A stretch of DNA of 64,000 nt from Minisyncoccota bacterium. GTDB taxonomy: Bacteria; Patescibacteriota; Minisyncoccia; UBA6257; JAGOQP01. Within the stretch, counting starts at the first letter, position 1. Each line of letters begins with the position of its first letter. The notes beneath the pieces were generated by a model. That model made no database searches, had not been told where the DNA came from, and saw only the letters and a list, made by a program, of their open reading frames with translations. A program made the translations under genes and the position numbers. This document shows, one piece after another, positions 10,277 through 18,789 of this stretch. The DNA is taken from NCBI GenBank assembly GCA_041661795.1, contig JBAZTS010000002.1:36263-100262 (forward strand). Direction: 5' to 3'.

Positions 10277-10363
10277 ATGGCTAAGAAAAAAGCGGCCAAG
10301 AAAGGCAAGAAAGTTGCCAAAAAGGCCAAAAAATCAAAAAAATCAAAGAAATCAAAAAGATAA
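10277..10363 (+). CDS. Tiny lysine-rich ORF (MAKKKAAKKGKKVAKKAKKSKKSKKSKR)
   Basis: GGGAG RBS 8 nt upstream; followed by terminator 10391-10420; not in ORF track (<60 aa). Confidence 0.3.
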   Translation: MAKKKAAKKGKKVAKKAKKSKKSKKSKR

Positions 10364-10390
10364 ATTTTTGAACTAATTTTTAAGATTTAC

Positions 10391-10420
10391 AAAAACCCCT
10401 TTTGGGGTTTTTGTTTTTTT
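10391..10420 (+). terminator. Rho-independent terminator (aaaaacccctttt ggggttttt)
   Basis: Hairpin plus T-run. Confidence 0.6.
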
Positions 10421-10421
10421 A

Positions 10422-10450
10422 CCCCCACACTAATGGAATTAGTGTGGGGG
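10422..10450. repeat. CCCCCACACTAAT-N3-ATTAGTGTGGGGG hairpin/palindrome (family copy 1)
   Basis: 13-bp perfect inverted repeat; related copies at 15335-15361 and 37311-37369. Confidence 0.55.
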
Positions 10451-10469
10451 TTTATGGTAATATACTGGG

Positions 10470-10787
10470 ATGAAGATAATAGTAAAATCAACAGGTTTAG
10501 AGCTTTCTGAGGCGCTAAACGAATTTATAAGTATTAAGCTATCTTCTCTGTCTAAATTTATTGTAAAATTTGAGAAGAAATCAGAAGCTATTTTAAAAGT
10601 TGAAGTGGCTAGATCCACTAAGCATCGCCATAAAGGGGATGTCTATTACGTGGAGTTGTCATTAGCGCTTCCAAAAAATGATTTAAGAATAGAACAATAC
10701 GATGAAGATATAAGATCGGGAATTGATAAAGCCAAAAGAAAAATGGCTCTTGAAATAAAAAAGATTGATGACAAGCATTTTAGATAA
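10470..10787 (+). CDS. hpf: Ribosome hibernation promoting factor (RaiA/HPF, short form)
   Basis: MKI.V...G.ELSEAL.E.I..KL..L.KF... EA...V.V.R......G..Y.VE..L pattern. Confidence 0.8.
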   Translation: MKIIVKSTGLELSEALNEFISIKLSSLSKFIVKFEKKSEAILKVEVARSTKHRHKGDVYYVELSLALPKNDLRIEQYDEDIRSGIDKAKRKMALEIKKIDDKHFR

Positions 10788-13350
10788 AATTTTTTCTCCT
10801 CTTGGTTCTTACCGTAAGAGAGTGGTTAAGATAAATGATTTTGAAAAAGAATTGTCTTTGCTCTCTGATGAGGAAATTAAGAATAAATCTCTTAAATTAA
10901 AAGAGGGTTTTTCCGGTGATCAAGAATATCTGGAAAACAACCTTGAATTGGCTTTTGCTTTAGTTAGAGAATCCTCCAAAAGAAATTTAAAGCAAAGACA
11001 TTTTGATGTCCAGCTTATTGGAGGTTTGGCAATGTCAGATGGAAAAATAGTTGAAATGGCAACGGGAGAAGGAAAAACTTTATCAGCCACACTGCCGGCT
11101 TATCTTTATGGAATCAGTGGAAAAGGAGTTCATGTTATTACTGTCAATGATTATCTTGCCAAAAGAGACGCTGTCTGGATGGGACAGATATATGATTTTT
11201 TAGGATTAACAGTTAGTTGTTTAGTTCATGACGGGGCGTATGTGTATGATTCTAAATATACAAATGAAATTCAAAGTGAAGAAGTGGCAGATGAAAAAAG
11301 AGATGTTGTTGGGGGTTTTAAAGTAATTCAAGAGTTTTTGAAACCAATATCAAGAAGAGAGGCCTATTTGTCAGATATAGTTTATGGAACTAACCACGAG
11401 TTTGGTTTTGATTATCTTAGAGATAATTTGGCTTACAATTCTAAAAATCAGGTCCAACGAGAGCATTATTTTGCTATTATTGACGAGGTAGACAGTATTT
11501 TAATAGATGAAGCCAGAACTCCTTTGATTATTTCAGCTCCAGACGTTGAAGCGGCTCAATACTACAAGGTTTTTGCCAAAGTAGTTAGTTCTTTGGAGAT
11601 TGAAAAGGATTATACAGTTGAAGAGAAAGATAGATCGGCCGTTATGACAGATGATGGTATTGCCAAGGTGGAAAAAATGCTGAATATAGAAAATATTTAT
11701 GATGCTCAATCTGCTTCCCTAGTTCACTATCTTGAAGAATCTTTAAAAGCCAAAGCTCTTTTTAGAAGAGACAGGCATTATGTTGTTAAATCCACTCCTT
11801 CTGGCGAGGGAGAAATTATTATAGTTGATGAATTTACCGGTCGCTTAATGCATGGAAGAAGGTATTCTGGGGGACTTCACCAGGCCATTGAAGCCAAAGA
11901 GGGGGTGAGAATTCAAGAGGAATCAAAAACGTTTGCTCAAATAACTATACAAAATTATTTTCGTCTTTATGAAAAAATAAGCGGAATGACGGGAACCGCC
12001 AAAACCAGCGCTGAAGAATTTAGGAAGGTTTACGGATTGGAAGTTGCTGTTATTCCATCCAATAAGCCCAGAGTAAGAAACGATAAATCGGATTTGATTT
12101 TCAAAACAAAAGAATCCAAATATCAGGCCATCGTGGGTGCTATAAAAGAAATGGTTGAAAAAGGCCAACCGGTTTTAGTTGGCACAACATCAATAGATGA
12201 GAACGAACTTTTATCCTCATATTTTTCCAATGCGGGAATAAAACATGAAGTGCTTAATGCCAAAAACCACGAAAGAGAGGGAGAAATAATTGCTCAGGCC
12301 GGAAGGTCGGAAGGCGTAACTTTAGCCACCAACATGGCTGGAAGAGGAGTGGATATAGTTTTAGGAGGAAATCCTCAAGATGTTTTGGATGCGCAAAAAG
12401 TTAAAGATGCCGGAGGACTTTTTGTTTTAGGAACTCAAAGAAATGAAGCCAGAAGAGTTGATAATCAGTTAAGAGGGCGCTCGGGAAGACAGGGGGATCC
12501 CGGAGAAACACAATTTTTTCTTTCTTTGGAGGATGATATGTTAAGAATTTTTGGAGGAGACAGAATCAAGTCAATGATGAATAGAATGAATATGCCCGAT
12601 GACGTTCCCATAGAATCATCTTTAATCGGAAAAGTAGTGGACGAAGCCCAAAAGAAAGTTGAAGGAATGAATTTTGATATCAGAAAACACCTGTTGGAAT
12701 ATGACGATGTTTTAAACAAACAAAGAAAAGCTGTTTATAGGAAAAGACAAAATATCTTAGAAAGGTTAGAAAAAGGGGAGTTGGAAGATGTTTTAAAAGA
12801 ATTGATTTTAGACGTCCTTAAATTTATTTTTTCAAATCCAACCAAGGATTTGGATTCTATAAAACAATGGTTTGAAGAAGTCGGGTTGGTTAGTAAAGAA
12901 GAAAAAGACAGTTTTAACGTTGAACAAGTGGAAAGCTCAATAAATCAGGGAGTGTTGGATGAATTTATTCTATCTAAAATAAATAACGTCTGTCAGGACC
13001 CGCAAGTTGGATTAAAAATACTTGGGTCCTTGGACGGGTTTTGGACTAATCACTTGGAAAATCTGGAGGCCTTATTGGAATCGGTAAGGATGAGAGCTTA
13101 TGGTCAAAAGGACCCACTGGTTGAATATAAAAGAGAAGGCCATCAGCTTTTTAAGGATTTAATAATTAACGCTCAAGTTTGGGTTGTCTCTAATGTTTTT
13201 AAGGAAATTCAAATCAATCCCAACAAAAATGTTTCTCAGAAATCTTTAGATACGATATACGATATACGAAATACGGATTCCAAATTAGGCCGTAATGACC
13301 CTTGTTATTGCGGAAGCGGTAAAAAATATAAAAAGTGCCATGGAAAATAA
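10765..13350 (+). CDS. secA: Preprotein translocase ATPase SecA
   Basis: 861 aa; MATGEGKTL Walker A; DEAD-like motor; C-terminal Zn finger CYCGSGKKYKKCHG. Confidence 0.95.
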   Translation: MMTSILDKIFSPLGSYRKRVVKINDFEKELSLLSDEEIKNKSLKLKEGFSGDQEYLENNLELAFALVRESSKRNLKQRHFDVQLIGGLAMSDGKIVEMATGEGKTLSATLPAYLYGISGKGVHVITVNDYLAKRDAVWMGQIYDFLGLTVSCLVHDGAYVYDSKYTNEIQSEEVADEKRDVVGGFKVIQEFLKPISRREAYLSDIVYGTNHEFGFDYLRDNLAYNSKNQVQREHYFAIIDEVDSILIDEARTPLIISAPDVEAAQYYKVFAKVVSSLEIEKDYTVEEKDRSAVMTDDGIAKVEKMLNIENIYDAQSASLVHYLEESLKAKALFRRDRHYVVKSTPSGEGEIIIVDEFTGRLMHGRRYSGGLHQAIEAKEGVRIQEESKTFAQITIQNYFRLYEKISGMTGTAKTSAEEFRKVYGLEVAVIPSNKPRVRNDKSDLIFKTKESKYQAIVGAIKEMVEKGQPVLVGTTSIDENELLSSYFSNAGIKHEVLNAKNHEREGEIIAQAGRSEGVTLATNMAGRGVDIVLGGNPQDVLDAQKVKDAGGLFVLGTQRNEARRVDNQLRGRSGRQGDPGETQFFLSLEDDMLRIFGGDRIKSMMNRMNMPDDVPIESSLIGKVVDEAQKKVEGMNFDIRKHLLEYDDVLNKQRKAVYRKRQNILERLEKGELEDVLKELILDVLKFIFSNPTKDLDSIKQWFEEVGLVSKEEKDSFNVEQVESSINQGVLDEFILSKINNVCQDPQVGLKILGSLDGFWTNHLENLEALLESVRMRAYGQKDPLVEYKREGHQLFKDLIINAQVWVVSNVFKEIQINPNKNVSQKSLDTIYDIRNTDSKLGRNDPCYCGSGKKYKKCHGK

Positions 13351-13353
13351 AAA

Positions 13354-13376
13354 CCCCGACACTGTCGGGATTTTTA
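13354..13376. terminator. Bidirectional terminator hairpin (cccgacactgtcggg) between secA and convergent pilin-like gene
   Basis: Stem-loop flanked by A-run upstream and T-run downstream. Confidence 0.55.
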
Positions 13377-13387
13377 TTGATAGAATA

Positions 13388-15280
13388 TTATTGTTCTATA
13401 CAGTAAAGTCTATTAGTCAAGTTGCATGCCTCAATACCAGTGTAAGCCCAGCCACCGATAGCAGTGTTGGTGTATCCATAAGCTCCGTATCCACCCGCAG
13501 AGTTAGTTGTCCAGTTTGAACAGTCACTTGCCCCCTTGTAAAGTCCGGTAAAATCAAAATCTGTCCATACATAATCATTAACAAGAGTTCCATTTTCATC
13601 ATACTCTACTTTATTCATTAGATAATTTGTGCCATCAAATCTTACCCACGGCATTACGTATGGAGAAGTTGTTGTTGCCAAGCTAGAATCGGCGACAACA
13701 TAACCACCCATATTAATTAAACGTATCCAGTTATATCCTATTGTTGTTATTGGTTCTACGGTTGTACTGTATTGTCCAATAATTGCCTCCCACGTTCCGC
13801 CTAAGCTAGCAGCGTTTGCTCGTGCCTGACACTTAGCATGAGCTCCAGAAACTCCACCAAGATTTCCGTCATATAGAGCGGATGTTACAAATACTCTTTT
13901 TGTGAGAGTTGTTGTTGCCGATCCAGAAGCAACAGCCGCGTCAACATAGGCCTTTGTAGTGGCATCGGAATCAGCTGTGGGAGCAGCTAAGTTGGTTAGT
14001 TTGTATGTCGGCGTTGCACCAGTAAGTTTTATATTACCTTTAACTTCAAGCGCTTCTGTTGGAAGAGTTGAAGAAGATAATCCTATCCCAACTTTTGAAT
14101 TAGTTAAGTCCAAAGTCAGTGTTGATGTATCGGATAAAACTTGATAACCGGCAATACAAGGATTTCCAAGACAGATGTCATCTGTAAGAAGAAATTGAAC
14201 ATTTTTTCTACCATAAAATATCATATCATTAAGGGAACTTACTGCCGAAGATGCTCTGCCAAACCACCCTACCGCATAACCTTCATCATCTTCATTGCCA
14301 AAAGAACTTTTTGCTCTACTGGATGAGAATCCATATTGTGGTTCCGATGATACTCCTTCTGCCCACCAATATCCAAAATTATAAGGAGCTCTTGCAGACA
14401 AAACTGATCCGGCCACATCCAGTTTCGCTTTATATGCTGCTGACGTTGATGTTCCTATAACAACTTTATCTCCACTATTACCAACGGTAAAAACAGAAGT
14501 GCTTGAAGCTTTTATTCCCCCTGCGGTTTCTAAACTATAAGACGGAGCTGTTGTGCCTATTCCCACATTTCCTTGCACAATAAGTCCGTTTGAAGGAGCT
14601 GTGCTAGCTCCGGCATATGAAGACCCGATAGCCGCGCCTCCTGCTACGTCCAATTTATTTATTAAAGTTGAAACCCCTATCCCAACGTTTCCGGAAAATG
14701 CAGCGTTCTTCCATCTGGTTGGATTTATTCCAACAGAATATGAGTTGTCCGTTCCGGGAAGCAAATCGGAATCAAATGTCGCTGCCGAAGCTCTGGAAAC
14801 AGCTGATCTCAAACTTCTTGTTACGTTATTTCCTCCAACGTCTTGAGCAGATGATAAAGCCAAATCAATTTGAACCACGTCTTTTCCGGGATATTGAGTT
14901 AACTTCTTAAATTCTAAAGAATCAACCACCACTTTTTCATTAGTAAGCGCTTGAGCTGAATTATTTCCTTCTCTTATGTAAATTTGTCCTCCAGAAAGAT
15001 AAATTGTGGATGTGGTCGTATCTTTCATTCTTAGAACTAAGGAATCAGTGCTGGCTCCCGCTCCTATTTCTATTACGCTGGACTCTTTAACTAATCTTTG
15101 AATGGTATTCATCACAAAATTCAATTGACCCGATAACTCATTTTCAGCAGATTGCTCGACTTGGGTTTTTGTTACCGTTGTCATTATGCCAGTAATAATT
15201 CCTGTAGATATTGCCAAAATACCCACATAAATAAGCACCTCGGTTAAAGTAAAACCTTTGTTTTGTTTGTAGATTCTCAT
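13388..15280 (-). CDS. Type IV pilin-like protein (class III signal GFTLTE) with fibre-like repeats and cysteine-containing lectin-like C-terminal domain
   Basis: N-terminus MRIYKQNKGFTLTEVLIYVGILAI; repeats of the GNVGIGTTAPS..KLDVAG type; C-terminal RVFVTSALYDGNLGG..GAHAKCQ domain (DUF1554-like, tentative). Confidence 0.6.
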   Translation of the reverse strand: MRIYKQNKGFTLTEVLIYVGILAISTGIITGIMTTVTKTQVEQSAENELSGQLNFVMNTIQRLVKESSVIEIGAGASTDSLVLRMKDTTTSTIYLSGGQIYIREGNNSAQALTNEKVVVDSLEFKKLTQYPGKDVVQIDLALSSAQDVGGNNVTRSLRSAVSRASAATFDSDLLPGTDNSYSVGINPTRWKNAAFSGNVGIGVSTLINKLDVAGGAAIGSSYAGASTAPSNGLIVQGNVGIGTTAPSYSLETAGGIKASSTSVFTVGNSGDKVVIGTSTSAAYKAKLDVAGSVLSARAPYNFGYWWAEGVSSEPQYGFSSSRAKSSFGNEDDEGYAVGWFGRASSAVSSLNDMIFYGRKNVQFLLTDDICLGNPCIAGYQVLSDTSTLTLDLTNSKVGIGLSSSTLPTEALEVKGNIKLTGATPTYKLTNLAAPTADSDATTKAYVDAAVASGSATTTLTKRVFVTSALYDGNLGGVSGAHAKCQARANAASLGGTWEAIIGQYSTTVEPITTIGYNWIRLINMGGYVVADSSLATTTSPYVMPWVRFDGTNYLMNKVEYDENGTLVNDYVWTDFDFTGLYKGASDCSNWTTNSAGGYGAYGYTNTAIGGWAYTGIEACNLTNRLYCIEQ

Positions 15281-15334
15281 ATGAGATTATTATATCACAA
15301 TGGTGATTTTTATTCACTAAGATTGTGGATAAAT

Positions 15335-15361
15335 CCCCACACTAATTCTATTAGTGTGGGG
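15335..15361. repeat. CCCCACACTAAT-N3-ATTAGTGTGGGG hairpin (family copy 2)
   Basis: 12-bp inverted repeat between lepB 3' end and pilin-like gene start. Confidence 0.5.
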
Positions 15362-15367
15362 ATAAAC

Positions 15368-15973
15368 TTACCAGACAACCTTGCCTATGATGTTTTCTTT
15401 GGGTATTAAACCAAATCTGGTGCTATCCAAACTTCCTTCCGGAATGTTTCCTAAAATCAAAAAAGTGTCTTTTGGAATAATGGGATAATCTTTGGTATAC
15501 AACTTGAGCATGGCAGATTTTTGAGTAGATAAAACATAAGGAATAGATTGCTGGTTTCTCAATACTTTTTCGTTAACTATTATTTGATATCCGCTGTTTA
15601 TTTTTTTTAAGTTCCAAGAATCTCCATCTATGGCTTTTACTGTTTTTATGAGCGGTTCAGGATTGCCTGCATATTTGTATATGACAATATCATCTCTTTT
15701 GACTGGATTACACTTATAATATCCTTCCAAAACTTTTATTTTAGTTCCCGACTCTATTAATCCGCTCATGGAAGAACCAACTACGATGTCTTCTTTTTCG
15801 TCGTACGCGCAAGAAGAATTATTGGCAGAAACTATTTGTTTATCAGGGTGTTGGTTAATCTGAATCAGCTGGTCCGTGTTGCTTGATATGTTGAAAATAA
15901 TAATCAACAAAAAAATAACCGAGACGAGAACAAATATTTTGAATGTTTTTTTAAAAATCTTTGAATTTATCAT
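15368..15973 (-). CDS. lepB: Signal peptidase I (S26)
   Basis: GSSMSGLI (SM.PT box variant), GNIPEGSLDSTRFG (GDNR.S.DSR box), N-terminal TM. Confidence 0.7.
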   Translation of the reverse strand: MINSKIFKKTFKIFVLVSVIFLLIIIFNISSNTDQLIQINQHPDKQIVSANNSSCAYDEKEDIVVGSSMSGLIESGTKIKVLEGYYKCNPVKRDDIVIYKYAGNPEPLIKTVKAIDGDSWNLKKINSGYQIIVNEKVLRNQQSIPYVLSTQKSAMLKLYTKDYPIIPKDTFLILGNIPEGSLDSTRFGLIPKENIIGKVVW

Positions 15974-16012
15974 AAATTGAACTTGATGCCTATTTAAATT
16001 ATACTTCTTTGT

Positions 16013-18334
16013 ATGTTAAGCGACAATATACGCAATTTTTGTATTATAGCCCACATAGATCACGGCAAATCTACATTGGCTGATAGGTTGCTTGAAATTA
16101 CAGGAACTATAGATAAGAGGAAGATGAAGAACCAATATCTTGATCAATTGGAATTGGAAAGAGAAAGAGGGATAACTATCAAAATGGCTCCTGTCCGCAT
16201 GCTCTATGCGCTGACTAACGCCGACTCTACGCCGACTGACGCAGACAATAAGAAATTAGATAATGCGAGTAGTCAATTATTGTATGAAGATTTAACCTAT
16301 AAAATAAGAGGAGTGTTGTTTGGCGTAAAGAAAAAAATAGGACTTGGTCATAAAGAAGTTATTTACCAAAAGGCCATAGAAGAAGAATTGACAAAAGAGA
16401 ACATACCTTTTGAAAAAGAAAAAATAATTAATATAGAACTTGATAATAAAAGTCTTGGCGTATACAGACCAGATTTTGTTATTGATAATAAAATTATATT
16501 AGAGATAAAATCTTTGCCTTTTATTGGAGATGTTGAGAAAAGGCAAGTTTGGACATATCTTAAGGGATCAGAATATAAATTGGCTTTATTAGTCAATTTC
16601 AATTCTAGAGATATTGATATTAAAAGAGTTGTGTATGATACAGCCAGAGAAATTCAGCGTGAGTCAGCGTTTAGTCAGCGTAAGTCGGCGCAGGTTGAGC
16701 AGTATGTGCTCAACCTGATAGACACTCCCGGGCATCCGGATTTTGGTTATGAAGTTTCCAGAGCTTTGGAAGCGGTTGAGGGGGCAATTTTGTTGGTTGA
16801 TGGAATGCAAGGAATACAAGCACAAACGTTATCTAATTTTTATGCTGCCAAAAAAGCCGGACTTACAATTATTGGCGCGGTTAACAAAGTGGATTTAAAT
16901 ATTCCTGACATAGATAAAGTTGTAATGGAAACAGCGGAGCTAATTGGTTGTGGGCCAGAACAAATTCATAAAATATCAGGAAGAACAGGAGAGGGAGTTC
17001 AACAGCTTTTGGGAGCAGTTATTCTTAGAATCCTACCTCCAAAAGCTGTAATTCCCAATTTCCAATTCCCAATTTCCAATTTTGGAAGGGCATTAATATT
17101 TGATTCTTTTTATGACGACCACAAAGGAATTATAGCCAGTGTCAGGGTATTTAATGGAGAATTTAATCAGTTTGATGATGTGGTTTTGGTGGCTGCTAAA
17201 GAAAAATTTAAAACAAAAGAAGTCGGATATTTTTCTCCGACCCTAAATCCTTCAAAAAGAATTTTAGAGGGAGAGATAGGTTATTTGGTTACCGGGATAA
17301 GAGACCCGTATAAAATAAAAATCGGTGACACGGTAATAGGTCACAAATCACAAGTCGCGCATCACGAATCGTATGCTTTGCCCGGATACAAAGAACCAAA
17401 GCCGGTGGTGTTTGTTTCTTTCTATCCAGACAATCCGGATGAATATGATGATTTAAAAAAATCTTTGGAAAGATTAAAGCTTAACGACTCTTCTTTTGCT
17501 TTTGAGCCGGATTTAAATGAAGTGTTGGGCAGGGGATTTAAAGGAGGATTTTTGGGAAAGCTTCATTTTGAAATAATTTCTCAGCGTCTTGAAAGAGAGT
17601 TTGGAATAAAAACAATCACATCTTTTCCTTCGGTCAGTTATAAAATAAAAACTTCTTCCAAACACTTAGCTCATCTAAAATTGGACGAAGATGGATTTTT
17701 CATAGCGTATAATCCCAAAGATATTCCTGAAGAATTTGAAAAGATATTAGAACCGATGATAAAAGTTGAAATTGTTTCATCACAAAAAATATTGGGAACA
17801 GTTTTGGGACTTAAAGATGCTTTTCGTTGGGAATACATAGAGACCCAACAATTGGGAGAAAAAGTTATTATTAAAACCAGAATGCCCTTGGCTGAGCTTA
17901 TCTCGGATTTTGACGACCAGTTAAAATCGGTTTCAGGTGGATTTGCTTCTTTTAGTTATGAAGAAGACGGCTATCAACAGGGCGATTTAATTAGGATGGA
18001 TATTTTAGTGGCAGACGAAATAGTTCCTGGGCTTTCTAGAATTCTTCCCAAAAAAGACATAGAATATCCGGCCAGGAAAATGGTTGTTCGCTTAAAGGAA
18101 GTATTGCCTCATCAGCAATTTACCCAAGCTATTCAAGCCAAAGTCGGAGGGAGAATTATAGCCAGAGAAACTATTGCGGCTTTAAGAAAAGATGTGACCG
18201 GATATCTTTATGGAGGAGACAGAACAAGAAAAATGAAACTTTGGAAAAAACAGCAAAGAGGCAAAAAGAAACTTCTTTCTATGGCCAAAGTGACCATATC
18301 TCCAGAAAACTTCAAGAAACTTCTTTCAAAATAA
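16013..18334 (+). CDS. lepA: Elongation factor 4 (LepA) carrying an in-frame ~167-aa GxxExxY-domain insertion in the G domain
   Basis: AHIDHGKST ... [insertion] ... DTPGHPDF, NKVDL, LepA C-terminal domain; 773 aa vs ~600 typical. Confidence 0.9.
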   Translation: MLSDNIRNFCIIAHIDHGKSTLADRLLEITGTIDKRKMKNQYLDQLELERERGITIKMAPVRMLYALTNADSTPTDADNKKLDNASSQLLYEDLTYKIRGVLFGVKKKIGLGHKEVIYQKAIEEELTKENIPFEKEKIINIELDNKSLGVYRPDFVIDNKIILEIKSLPFIGDVEKRQVWTYLKGSEYKLALLVNFNSRDIDIKRVVYDTAREIQRESAFSQRKSAQVEQYVLNLIDTPGHPDFGYEVSRALEAVEGAILLVDGMQGIQAQTLSNFYAAKKAGLTIIGAVNKVDLNIPDIDKVVMETAELIGCGPEQIHKISGRTGEGVQQLLGAVILRILPPKAVIPNFQFPISNFGRALIFDSFYDDHKGIIASVRVFNGEFNQFDDVVLVAAKEKFKTKEVGYFSPTLNPSKRILEGEIGYLVTGIRDPYKIKIGDTVIGHKSQVAHHESYALPGYKEPKPVVFVSFYPDNPDEYDDLKKSLERLKLNDSSFAFEPDLNEVLGRGFKGGFLGKLHFEIISQRLEREFGIKTITSFPSVSYKIKTSSKHLAHLKLDEDGFFIAYNPKDIPEEFEKILEPMIKVEIVSSQKILGTVLGLKDAFRWEYIETQQLGEKVIIKTRMPLAELISDFDDQLKSVSGGFASFSYEEDGYQQGDLIRMDILVADEIVPGLSRILPKKDIEYPARKMVVRLKEVLPHQQFTQAIQAKVGGRIIARETIAALRKDVTGYLYGGDRTRKMKLWKKQQRGKKKLLSMAKVTISPENFKKLLSK
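16202..16702 (+). mobile_element. In-frame insertion within lepA encoding a complete GxxExxY-family PD-(D/E)XK domain, flanked by GC-rich AGTC(A/G)GCG-octamer inverted repeats
   Basis: DLTYKIRG...GHKEVIY...PDFVIDNKIILEIKS...LALLVNFN matches GxxExxY family; arms 16218-16262 and 16655-16700. Confidence 0.55.
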
Positions 18335-18349
18335 TTTTTATTTGTGTCT

Positions 18350-18450
18350 TTTTTTAAATAAGCTTTAGGAAAGATTTTGAGGCCATGCGGAAGACGGCGG
18401 TCTGAGCTAGAGGGATTTTTCAGCAGAAAAATACCCGTGCCTAAAAATTT
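18350..18450 (+). repeat. ~95-nt conserved intergenic element (copy A), candidate 5' leader/ncRNA; inverted copy at 46835-46930
   Basis: Near-identical core GAGGGATTTTTCAGCAGAAAAATACCCGTGCC shared with reverse complement of 46835-46930. Confidence 0.5.
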
Positions 18451-18472
18451 TTTCTAAAGCGGATTAGTATTA

Positions 18473-18787
18473 TTGGTTGTAAGTTATTGGCTGTCTTGTT
18501 ATTATTTACTTATGAGTGTTAAGAGGGCTGTTTGGCTGACGGTTTTTGGTTTGTTTTTGCTACTTTTGTGGGTTAATTTATTTGTCATATTTAAAGAATT
18601 AAGAAAGTTGTCTTTGGAATACAAGCAAGTGAGTGAAGATTTTGTGAAACTGGAAGATGAAAACAAGATGATAGAAAGAGATATAGCTTTTTATTCTTTT
18701 CCGGCTAATTTAGAAAAGAATTTAAGAGAGAAATTTAATTATAAAAAAACGGGGGAGAAAATGATTATTGTTGTTCCGGGAAATTAA
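18473..18787 (+). CDS. FtsB/DivIC-like septum formation initiator (possible start at 18512)
   Basis: Single TM then coiled-coil KLSLEYKQVSEDFVKLEDENKMIERDIAF. Confidence 0.45.
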   Translation: MVVSYWLSCYYLLMSVKRAVWLTVFGLFLLLLWVNLFVIFKELRKLSLEYKQVSEDFVKLEDENKMIERDIAFYSFPANLEKNLREKFNYKKTGEKMIIVVPGN

Positions 18788-18789
18788 AT

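Noticed and set aside
15368-15973. Prepilin peptidase next to the pilin-like gene
   Set aside because: It has the single-TM type I signal peptidase (S26) boxes, not the polytopic A24 aspartyl peptidase architecture.
16202-16702. Intein or self-splicing intron explanation for the lepA insertion
   Set aside because: There is no Cys/Ser/Thr at the upstream junction and no His-Asn plus Cys/Ser/Thr at the downstream junction, and no Hint blocks. An uninterrupted reading frame through ~500 AT-rich nt is very unlikely for a non-coding intron.
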